A DNA stretch of 64,000 nucleotides from Perkinsus chesapeaki ATCC PRA-425 (lineage: Eukaryota > Protista > Perkinsozoa): positions 62,001 to 126,000 of the forward strand of contig JAAPAO010000010.1 of NCBI GenBank assembly GCA_013115145.1, written 5' to 3'. The notes below the pieces were generated by a model that worked only from the letters and a program-made list of their open reading frames with translations, was not told the origin of the DNA and made no database searches. Below are positions 46,300 to 57,751 of this stretch, piece after piece (the stretch's first letter is position 1; each line of letters starts with the position of its first letter). Both the position numbers and the translations under genes were made by a program.

Positions 46300-49200
46300 C
46301 TACTTCCCTTATCAGTTAACAACCAGCACTAACGGTGGTACTGACTGGCAGTGTTGAGGGGTATTTTACAGTGTACTGTGGAGTATACGCTAAATCTCTG
46401 TAACTAATTTCGCTATCTTTTTAACTATGATATCCGGCAGGAACATTAGTCTCATTTTCACCTGGTATTGATGAATGTACTTTGTTGGATACGAGCCGGC
46501 ATGTCTGCTCATATGGTATCTCATAATAAACCATCCCTTCTTATTCAACCCTTATCTTTGACATAACTAACTCAACTCCTCTAACCACTTCGAAAGCTCT
46601 GAAATATCCTGCCGTAGTAGTAGCATCATCACCTTCTTGTAGCTGGTATACCCAATGGCTCCATCATACCGGCCTTCCTTAAAGCCCAGGGGATGAAACG
46701 GACAGATACTAGAAACACTGATGCCACTCTAAAAAGAATAACAACATATACACATCTTCTACGAGCCAGTGACATCGTGGCGACCACAGAGATACACAAT
46801 CGGCAACAGCAGGAGAAGGCAAACATACATAAAAAGACGAAAGCCGATGAATGGAGACTAAGTAGGTGAGTAACAAACAACAATATAATACTATATGGTT
46901 CTATATATCATACACTACTATTATCAAATGTAGAGGTTGATATTCACAATATTATATTCAATAACAAACTGCCAATTCATTTATGTAATACACGTCCTAT
47001 ATAAAATAAATAGTATAAACGTGTGAGAGAAGTCTAATAAGCACTATTATGGATAACAGGCATCCCAACATAAGTTACACCGTATTAGCTGCTGCCTACT
47101 GAACCCTACGTAGCTTTACCAACTATCTTACTGTATTTTGTAAATAAATTCCTTCTTGGCATAATCCTCAGGTTTGGCTACTCCACCACCACCACCTGTA
47201 CCAGCTGCTGCACCGCTTCGCTTAAGATTCCACATAGTATGAGGGACAATACGATAACAAACTGAGGGACAACAACAGACATTTCGAAAGAAGTCAACAC
47301 AAAGCGAACCACCGAGGAAACCCCTCACAATAAGCCATGCGTCTTCAGCTGCTGGTTACAATGATGATGATGCTGCAATAGGATGGCCACCCACCTCCAC
47401 CTCTACCAATGACCACTAGCAATAATACCATTTATTAATTATTCAGTAGTAGTAAAGCTATGTACAAAATATGTAACTATGATGCTGCGAACTCTTCCCC
47501 TGAAAAAGAGCATTCCAGCCGATACACTTTATCTAACCGACCAAGGCCCTCTGCCACGGGTGGCAGCATCTCCTTAGTCCGACGAGATTCCATCTTCTTC
47601 CTATTTCGAACCTCCTCCAGTTCCTCCTGTAAGTTACCTATCTTCTGCTCTATCAACATAACCTAAGTACACTATAGTGACAGCTTAGGATAAATACATT
47701 GATTAAGGCTTTAACATTATCCGGAATAACGAAGCCTCGAATAGCAAATGCTATCCAAATGCCCACCTATTCCACCCCTCAAACATATCGGTGGCCAGCG
47801 AGTAGATCCACTCCACAGCGGCACAAGATTTATGTTCAAATGACAAAGGCGACCATAAATTTACATTAGTGTAAGAGTGGACTACCAGAATAGTAGCCTC
47901 GAAGAGAATAAACAGACCGTATATATAAACTGCATTCAACACTACTCTATGCCACCTACTACTATCAACCACCACACCGCCTATATCTATTACACCACCA
48001 CGAGCAGCCCCTAGCTCCTCCTCCTCTTTACTACTACTACCTGATGCTTGAGCTCAAACAATGCTGTTATCATAGTATCCCTCTTCTTAGGGTCCCATCC
48101 AATAGATCCCTTCTCTTGTGTTTTGGTCGAATCTATGGAAACCATTCAACCCACCAGCATCAGCAGTGCTACCACTGCCACTGTTCTCCGCCTGCTGTAG
48201 GATATCCTCGTACTTCGATTTCATGTCCACAAAAGCCTCCTCGTCCCCGCCTAACCAACCAATATCTTCTAAAATACCACAACCTCCCTCTAACCTTTAT
48301 CAGGATGCAGCTCCCTTGACTTCTCCTTATATGCCTTTTTCAGCTCAGCAATGTCACAGTTCTCATCCAGCCCAAAGAAAGCAAAGGCGCTCAAGCCTAT
48401 CAAATCTCCTCTACCATCTCCTTGATAGACTCGCCATCACCTTTAGCTTCTTTGATTTCCCTTTCAACATCCTCTAAATGCCTTCCTTTCTGCCTCACAT
48501 GAGATGCTACCACTTCCAATACATTCCTTAACCCAACATCTGTAAGGTCCGTCGTCCACCTATATCCACTTATACCTTATGAATAACAAGCAGCCTCTTC
48601 TTCAAGTACCTCTCAACCTCATCCTTCCCACTGCTTAACAGCCACTTCAACGCTATACTAATAGGCACTTCCATGTTACTACTATTCTTAGGGGCATCCT
48701 TCACAGGTGATATAACTAGGCTACCGCCGCTACCCTCATCATCCTTGTCACCATCATCAGTGACATCACCGTCCATCACTACCTGACCAACGGTTATATG
48801 ACTATTGATATTTGAAACGAATGTCAACATATCACAACAAATCTACTAGGAAATACCACCACTAAGGTACCTTATATACGCTAATACATATCAAAATCCA
48901 TTTCATCGTACCCCTTACTTCATCATCATCCTCCTCATCCTCCAAAGGTTCCCCATCCACGCCCTCCTCCTCCTCTTTAATAGGATCACCACTACTTACA
49001 CCTTCACACCTCGTACCATTACTACTATAATCAGATACTCCCTCAATACGGGTAGGTGAACTGCTACTACCGTTACCCCTACTATCATCCTTAACAGGAA
49101 GAGGAGGAGGAGGAGGTGAGCAGCACCCAGCGCCAACACCCGGGACAACCTGGCCCACACTGCTCATGACCCTGACCGACGCAGACGTGTTAAGGCCACC

Positions 49201-49979
49201 ACCGCTCAAGCCAGCGGCGGGGGCTTCAGTCGGTCTAGGCAAGCTGTAGGCTGGCAGGCCGCTGTAGAGGGTCTTGCTATCATAATAACTCTTACTCGTA
49301 GGGGATGGTCGTGATGCCTAATAAAAATTACCTTTCATACCGACTTTCCCACAAGCACTACAAGATTGACACTAGAGGCGCTGCTGCCGAGCCCCACTGG
49401 ACGGGTCTGTACACCAGTGCTGGCTATGTAACCCAGACAATCACGGCCAGGCAATACTGGTGATACTGGAGGGAAGTTACTAAGTCATCCCATCAGCATC
49501 AACCACCAAGTGAGACCTACCTAATAGAGCTGCCCATCACAGTGAAAGCTGTACTAGCAGCCCCAGGCATTTGGGGCCAATTGGTGCCTCGTGTAGGCGA
49601 CTGGGATCTATAAGTACCCGAAGAAGCCATCGTATGTAATACTGCTGTTGCTGCTTTTGGGGTATAAACGTTACTATACAATAGGCTATATCACTAAAGC
49701 TCTCCCTACCTACTTCGGTGCTCCACTAGAAGGGCTTGGCGAACTCTTAACAACAGTTCTAATAACTCTCCGAACGACAGGAGGAGCAGGATTCCCGACA
49801 CTGCCCGATGCTCTACAATGGACGCCGCCAACATACAGCCCTTAACCGCGGCTTACCTGCTCGCTGTGGTGTCGCTAGTGGCACGAACAGTACTAGTCCT
49901 CAATGGCGACACCGATCGACCACCAAATACTGTGGCCGCTGGGATACCAGCCTCACCGGTGAAGCTTCTGGCCTACCAT
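46300..49979 (-). CDS. One or more hypothetical intron-rich genes (low-complexity Ser/Pro/Gly/acidic, coiled-coil and hydrophobic exons)
   Basis: Protein-like ORFs 48862-49242, 48570-48830, 47751-47975, 47477-47659, 47128-47328 and 46629-46883 flanked by GT/AG signals. Gene boundaries unresolved. Confidence 0.35.
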
Positions 49980-50401
49980 GAATGATAGAAGAGTAGATGA
50001 GAGAGCGGTATGGCACTTGTTGGGTGCTCCAGCTCGTCAAGTCTTGAACCATTAACAATCAGAATAAAAAAAATCGATTACTAGGGCGGGCGCTAATTTA
50101 AAAAGTTATACACCAGTGCATTTGGTAAAGAGGATTGGTTCCTTAATGGAGAGAATGCTAGTCCTAACAGAATAGATATAGGCTGGAACAGAACAGGTAG
50201 AAAACCAAAGCCAAAGACCCAGCGAAGCCGAAAGGTCCCTGGTTCGAACCCCACACCCTCCATTTTTAAACTCCACGCTGTGTCTATTGTATATCATGTT
50301 GACGTGTGGACAGTAGTAGTAGTTGCTGATGATGATGCTGCTGCTTCACTTGACGTTAATTTTACACAGTGATGGTATGGGAATGAATAATGTTAGAGAT
50401 G

Positions 50402-52370
50402 TCATGCTTTTCTTCGACGATAAAATAATAAATAGCTATTGCTGGTCACTATGCTTGATGGTGCAGAGCTCGGCAACTCCGACACGTGAGCTGATAACAA
50501 ATAGGACAACAGCAAGGAGGTGTGCAACTTACAGTCATCATATCTCCACCATCGACCATCTCCTCCGCAAACATGCGCAGTGTAGTGGCCGAAATCTATC
50601 GAACTGGACCCCGAATGCTCTATGGTAGCGTACCTGTCACACCGACATTTCCCCCAAAATACTAATGGTGCGGTACAAATCATAAACATCTTGTCCGACT
50701 ACGAAGCCCTCAATAGGAGCATCCACTCTAAAGGTAATCTTCCTTGCCATACCCGACATGGACCATGTAAACCGCATCAAGCACATCACCTACGCCGGTA
50801 ATATCTCAGCGCCGGGGGCACTTTGTTACCAAAACAGTGGGGAGCTCCTCGAGGTCCATACGCTTCTGAGCGTCCACTTTACGTTTGCATTTATCACACG
50901 TCCACTGCTCGTCCCCTAAACAGGCTTTATTCCTCCCTAGTAGCATCATAACATCACCTTTTAACAGTTCTTCCCTCTTGAATTGCTCCAGACACTCCCC
51001 CAGTGTAGGTGCCATGCCAACTGATCGGCTCAATGGCAGCGGGAGGACATAGAACAGCTCCCTAAAACCGTCGATTCCAAGCAGCCCGCCCGTACAGTAC
51101 CATATATAGCTACTTTGTTCGGCTCTCATAGTCACATGCACTACAGTGGACAGTCGAGAGATAGACTCCTCTAAATGCATTGGAAATCGCGCTCTGCACA
51201 GAAGGGGTAGAGGATGTCGCCGTAGAGGGAGGAGGAGGAGGCCTGAGATCTGCCATATTTTCCACGTCTTGAGCAGAGCCCCGAAGGTCCAATTAATCTT
51301 TGCAAATTTCACGGGTTTTCTACTGAGTTATACAAGCCATAATAAGCCCATATCCCAGTACCGACTTATCCTTTTTCAACAGCCTCAAGAGTGAGCTCTT
51401 AGATGCTGCCCTCGAGTCGCTCTTATCCACACCAGACGCCCCGCCCATCTCCGTATTGAGGGCGTCCAGTATGTCACTCAGAAGCTCCTGAGCATCCTGC
51501 TGGTTGTAGCCAGCCCACTGCTTGTTCCTCCTGAAAGAATCTTTCTCCACCACGAAAGATACTCCGAAGGTTGATAGCCGTGCCTTTTCTACCTGCCCAT
51601 AACCCTCTTAAATGCCTTTGGTTCCTGGACATCCTTGCTACTTCCTATACGTAACCATTCGCCATCAGCGCTCATTGTTCCTACTACCATAAACGTCCCT
51701 GATGAGATCTCCGAAAGCCGCGCAAACAGCTCCATTTCCGTAACCATCACTCCCAGCCGCCACAAAGCTGTCATACCTTCCGAAGTGAGTGACAGCTAGA
51801 GGTGTCAGAAAGTACCCTACAGCTCGGTAGTGTGCAATAAGCACTGCAACACCGCGTTCATGTAACAGGTATTTCCTAGGTTCCTTAAACCCACCAGGCC
51901 CCCTTCAGGAACGAACGGTGAAGACGAAGGTGAACAGTCATTGCTGCACTTAGCAGCTACTATGGCATCTGTGCCCATCATATCAATGTCCCAAATCACT
52001 ATAGTACCTTTACTTAGAGATGCATCATCATCATCATCAGCTACAACTGGTGCCTGATTAAAGCCAAGTCCATTCCACCAGCCGCCCTACTACCTTATCA
52101 GAGCTTTTAGGTGTCGGCAATGCCTGCTTCATTAGTGGACTTGGCTCTGATGGCTCTGATGGTCACCCTACTGTATATTCCCATACAGTACTACTACTAC
52201 CTGGCACCCCTGTTATCTTCTGACTAAAGTAGCTGCCATCAGCAGTAGAATAGCTTCCCGCAGAGCTACTAGCCAACGAGGACAGTCTGATGGTATCTTA
52301 GCTCCCACCTTACCAATCCCACCTACCCTCGACCGTATCGTCGATCAAGACTGAAGCTGCTCCCCGACGA
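50402..52370 (-). CDS. Ubiquitin-specific protease (peptidase C19), multi-exon
   Basis: Cys box [26 protein letters not shown], CxxC pairs (CSAC, CDKC), His box FGHYTAHV and WWRYDD, terminal YLLFY. The 5' end may extend to about 52700. Confidence 0.9.
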
Positions 52371-53116
52371 TGGCAGGCCTGCAGCGGGTCGTCTGTCCGC
52401 TCCTATGGAACAATTATAACCTTTCCAATTTCGAGCCTACCTATCATCCCCGAGGCAGCGCTTGAAGAAGTCCGCATATGCATCGGTCGAAAAGCGGCCG
52501 ATGTGCCCCTAGACTGCGGTATGGTGGAGCTCAGACCTGTTCAGTATGACAATGATGATATTGAAGTGAGATACCAGTTGGTGTGCCATAGGCTTTGCTC
52601 TGGAAGAATGATTCACTCCGAATGGGCACTGATCCCGTTCGAGCATGGCCGCCGTTCATTGCCGGATTTTCTGATAGAATTTCAGTAAAAACCAGAGCGG
52701 ACGGTTGCTAATACCTCTGGAATAACGATCTATAGATGAATTAGACGTCACTGGCATTCAAAGGAAGTGCGCAGCAAAAGGGGATTATGAAAAATGTAGA
52801 ACATGTCAGTCGCGGACGACGGAGCGATGCACAAGGATGCGCTTTATTAAACTGGCACGATTTATAGTGGTAGATTACGTCACTGGGTTGAATAAACAGA
52901 CTTAGGCAGGTCTCAATACTCCAACTACTACACGCGTGTCGGCCCTTTCCTAGGACCAACGACGACGACCTTTTCAAAGTTCAAAAAGGATTTAGCAAAC
53001 ATTGCCAGCCGACTTCATTAATCCATGGTGTGAACTAGTATCAGTCTGAACTAGTAGTCGCTTTGATTAACGTCTCATCCTCTCCTCACCTCAGTGATGT
53101 TGCCTGGCTGTATTTA

Positions 53117-54753
53117 ATGGACACCGTGACCCCCCACACTTCCTCTACAACTCAGAGCTCCACTACTGCCTACACCCCCAAGCCTGGTCATCATCATCAT
53201 CAGATCTCATCGATGATCCCTATAAGCCCGGAACGTAACTCTATCCTCAACGGCGGCAACACCAGCAGCCGTTCCAGTGGCTACACTCCTGATTCCGAAC
53301 AGCGACTAATGCCTCCCAGCAGCGAGGATCTTTCAAGAGGTCGACAACGACCACCATATACACCGCACTATGAAGATTTTGGATACCCTCCTCGACAGGG
53401 GTATCCTGCCCGGCATTACATGGATCAAGCAACAACATATGGCTATCCCCCTCCTCCCCCTCGAATCCGGTCTCCTCAATACCCTGGATACGGTGGTGTG
53501 CCGTATGACCAAGGCCGCTATGTATCACCGCCTGCCAGGCAGTATCCTACTTACGACAGGGTAGATCGGAGGCCTCCTCCTCCAACCGCCACAGGGCCCT
53601 ACCCATCCTATGGCTACCACAGAGGAGGCCATGATGGAATAGCTGAGATTCGAAGAGCGGCAGAAGACCGTATGATGGCGAGAGACGTGACCAATCGTCG
53701 GGAGTATCGTCTTCCTGGCAACGGGCCTTTGTTGAAGAAGTTCAGGGTCTACCTCGAAAAGCAAGGCCAGGATAACAAGCTCGGCGCAGTGCTTAGTGAA
53801 ATAACGCTGCCCGCTGTCAAGGTTGATGAATACGGTGCTGGGTTGAAGGTGAAAAGCGTTATGGAAGGGGAGGACACTGAGAACGTCGGACTGGTAGGTC
53901 GTCGATTGGATCTTCGAAGGCCTATCTTAACCTTTATACCGGCCTTATACTTTATAACAGCTAGTTTTGCTTAGTTGGCGCGATGGAATAGCAAGGCTCG
54001 AGGCCACGATCGAGATGTTAGAGTCGGTGACGTTATTGTGGCAGTTGTCGACGGTATGCCACCGGAGTCCATAGGACCCGACGCATCAGCACGGAAATTA
54101 ATGGACAAATTAAAAGTGAGATGTCCCAGATGATGCCAACGCCAACCTGCCCCATAGGATTGCCTCGCATGCTACCCCACCATTATAATGGACGTTATTA
54201 GGGAAGTGCCTCCACTACAGGTAAGCAGCAGCAGCAGCTCATCCTCCACCACACGGGCGTACTATCACTTATGCACTTAGCCCTCTGATTGGCCTCAAAC
54301 TCAACAGCTAATGTTAAAGTCATTGGAGGGTTTACGGAGGAATTTGGAAGGAGGAAAGGACCAAGCCGTCACTTGGTTTGTTGGCAGCTGCGCCCCGATA
54401 ATCCTATCGCCGATGAGTCAGCTCTGGTAAAGTGGTCTGGTCTTATGTTATTATAGCCAACCTCTGCCAGGTGCCCTCTTTGCGAATGTAAGCAGCAAAC
54501 CTTAGGAGACTATCTCGATCATTTCGCTTCGCCGGAGCACCACGATAACCGCGTTTCAACTGCGTCAAAGTTCGATAGCCGCTGGGCAAGGTATGGCATG
54601 TTCCCTCCTGTCGAGTTATCCCATCTCCTCAGGTTGCCAGTTGGTAACGTTGACCACTATTGGTTTGAGTACTGTTACGGTTTCACTTCCATCGTCGATC
54701 CTGCCGAGCTAGACCCCTATGCTGAGTTCTGCAGCTACTCCCCTGACCTCTAG
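53117..54753 (+). CDS. Pro/Tyr-rich protein with PDZ-like domain and C-terminal C2H2 (U1/matrin-like) zinc finger
   Basis: Low-complexity PY-rich N-terminus, FRVYLEKQGQDNKLG...GLKVKSV...VRVGDVIVAVVDG (PDZ-like), and CPLCECKQQTLGDYLDHFASPEHH. Confidence 0.5.
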
Positions 54754-54926
54754 TTTTCTGTTGTGATTGTTTTCCCACGTAAGTTGATGATTCCTGCCGA
54801 CAATGAGAATTGATTTATTTTGTACATTTCGTTTCTGCGGCTTGTTATTTCCAGCCGGAAAAAGTGCTGTTTTTCGTTTGAGTTGCTGCCGGTTGAAGTA
54901 GAAAGCACACTGATAATTTCTCCACC

Positions 54927-55477
54927 ATGTCATCGTCGACCACCTCAACATCGGCACAAAACCAGCCGCCCAAACCGATGCCCAAGCTGACACTAGAGCA
55001 AGCAAGGGAGGCCATCGACCTTTGTATTTCTAAAGTCAAGGAGCCCGAAAACCGCCAGAGATTCGAAGGTGGAGATGGGCAACTCTGCGAACCCATTTTT
55101 ACGCATCAGATATCGTTACCGAGTTGGAGAAGGAACAGGACCCGATGATCAAGATGCAGAAAAGGATGACAACTCTACTGCCGGCTGTTCAGGAAGTTCT
55201 CGGCGATTCAATTAAACACTTTGGTGAGTACTGCTTTCGTTACATATCCGTCTTGAGTGTTTTGTGTAGGGTTTGATACCGATTCCCAATCAATAATGAA
55301 TGGTATTATGCAAATACAAAGCTACTCTCTTACCGACCCGATAGTAGCGAATGGCATGACCAAGGTAAGAAGCCGCCCCGGCGCTATTATGAGGTGTTGC
55401 AGATCATGAGAGCAATGGGCGGAGATTTCTCGGCTATTCTGGAAGAAGATGATGACGAGTGTGAAGAAGTGGAATAA
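54927..55477 (+). CDS. Protein C10 (C12orf57/Grcc10)-like
   Basis: LTLEQAREAIDLCISKVKEPENRQRFE...MTTLLPAVQEVLGDSIKHFGF...DPIVA resembles the C10 family layout. Confidence 0.6.
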
Positions 55478-55664
55478 ATCCCCTTTAACCGATATTTAAC
55501 AAATACCTATGGCGTAGCCATTATGCTGCAAGTTCTCCAATTTGCTATTGTCTTGCGTTATCTGTTATTCAGTCGGGAAACTTACAAACACAACGCCAAT
55601 AGAAACGAAAGAAAGAGTGCTAATCTCTCCGAAAAACATTAAAAAAAATCAAATAATTGAGCTC

Positions 55665-57367
55665 TCACATTTTCTCCGCCAGAATAAAATATCTGAAAGC
55701 AACTTCGATGGCTTGGTCGTATTCACTCAATTGCTTCGAGCAACGTATCCTTACGTGGGCGTAAAAATTCCACTCTCACCGCCTGAAACAAGTCCTTCCG
55801 CTCCATGAGCCAACATCTTGGATGTGGCCAAACCTCCTTGGGGAGCTATATGGACAGTCTCGAGGAGACCCACCAATAGACTGAAGGACGAAGAATTACA
55901 TACAACACACAGGGGAGAGGAAAACAACCTACCTGTTGAATGCTCTACCCATCACTGACATTTGCATGCCTTGCAAGGACCATGGATCTGATCACAATCC
56001 CGTCAAATTTCCGCCAAGCCGGCGACTCGAGAGAAGCTGCATTTCATAGGGCGAGAAGCAGGCGTAGAAGAGACCTTACTTGCTAGTGGTTCGTACCACG
56101 GGACGTCGTTGTCGCCATTAACCGTTTTAGCTTCCTCACACATATCAAAATCTTCAATCACTTTAAATCCAACGCTCTTCAACTGCTTCACGACATCGGA
56201 TGCAGGAATGACGTTCGAGATGCCTACACTATAAGCTGAGGGAGGGGTTAGCCCACATGTTCCACCTACCGTTCCCGCGCTCGATAGCTCTCTTAATTTT
56301 TTGATGGGATGGGTCCTTAGGGTTGTATCTGTTGGGGAATAGCGCTAACTTCTCTTAGGGTTCTGAGTGAGTTTTACTTATCAGTCATAGCCCATTCGTA
56401 AGTTAAAAGTTTTCCTCCTTTCTTTAAAGCTTTAAAAGCCTCAGTAAAAGTTGGTACACGATCTTGAGTATGTACGGATGATTCACAATAATATCTGATA
56501 TAATATTCCTCTCAGTGATCCTCCAACATCTCCTATTTACACCGCGTCGAGGCTCTCAGGCTCGAATACTTTCGGTACGATATTAGTAAAATCTCCTTGA
56601 ACATAATTGCATCGATCCTTCATCCATTTAGATAAATCCCTAGTATGACGTTTAGCTCGATTAACCTGTTTAAGAAATAATAAAGTGTAAATGAGGATAC
56701 TAACCTGATATTGATTAATGGTAACACCAGTAACTGTCGCACCAGAGAATCTGATAATAATAATAATGATCATCGAGATAAATCAGATATGTTATTATTA
56801 TTCTTACCCAACAACAGTTCTAAGTGGTCCTCCAACACCCATACCCAAATCTGCTACTTTCATACCATCTTTGAGGCCCAGCTTCAGAGCTATCAAATGC
56901 CTGGCAAGTAGCATGGCATTTTACGATGAAAGTACAGCTTCAACTTACTCAAGCCTGGAAATGGACGCTTCTCTGCTTTCGCCTTTCCTCCGGGGAGCGA
57001 AATGAAAGCTCTGGCCCCAGCCGTACTCATAGAAGTCAGTCGCTATATTATAATATCTGACACACACCAGCATCGACGGAAGCACTGGCTGAAGCCTTGA
57101 CACTCACTCATCGGTGCAGACTTTATCGTCATGAGATAGAGTAGCCGACTCTGCCTTTCCTTCGAACTTAGAATCATACGATTTGAAAATCTTATCACGG
57201 TCGTTACCTATACCAACAACAATAAGCATGCGCCGAGGTAGGATGCGCGTACTTATGATGGCCATGATGCTGTCGCTACTGCGAACAACGGGACCAAGGA
57301 AAATAACGGCCGAGAGAACGAGAATCGCACCCGCGCCGAGGTGTGGTGCGTAGTCGAAAATAAACAT
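55665..57367 (-). CDS. Sterol C24-methyltransferase (ERG6/SMT-like), copy A, N-terminal hydrophobic segment
   Basis: [18 protein letters not shown] motif [48 protein letters not shown]. Confidence 0.9.
56374..56903. repeat. 530-bp segment 527/530 identical to 58686-59215
   Basis: Direct base-by-base comparison found three substitutions and no indels, introns included. Confidence 0.93.
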
Positions 57368-57751
57368 TTAAGCAATGGCACTGCGAAGCTAAAGATGATA
57401 ATACAGTGGGATAAGAGGCAGTAACAACTGAACAGCTACAAGAGAGCAGCAGCGTTCCAGGCGAAGCTGAAGATGGCCGAGGAGGCGCGCCCACCCCTCG
57501 AATCCTAATGAACATGAAACGAATCTTCACAGTGCGCAACCTCAGCGCGCACCGTAAAAAGAAATGAAAGTCAAAATGCTTCTATCGAGCAACGCTAAAT
57601 GGTTCAATAGGGAGAGCTTTTTAACCGAGAGAAGCTAAAGGCAGACACAGCTGGCAACTAAACACAGGGAGCCAGTAGAATAATCGGGCCAAAGCCCGTA
57701 GTGTATGAACCACGAAAAGGAATAAGCCCCTGCCAATCGAATAGAAGGCCA

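Noticed and set aside
55513-55532. Spliced-leader-like sequence CGTAGCCATTATGCTGCAAG (16/20 to the dinoflagellate-type SL)
   Set aside because: It lies between the stops of two convergent genes rather than upstream of a start codon, with no SL RNA features. Probably a chance match.
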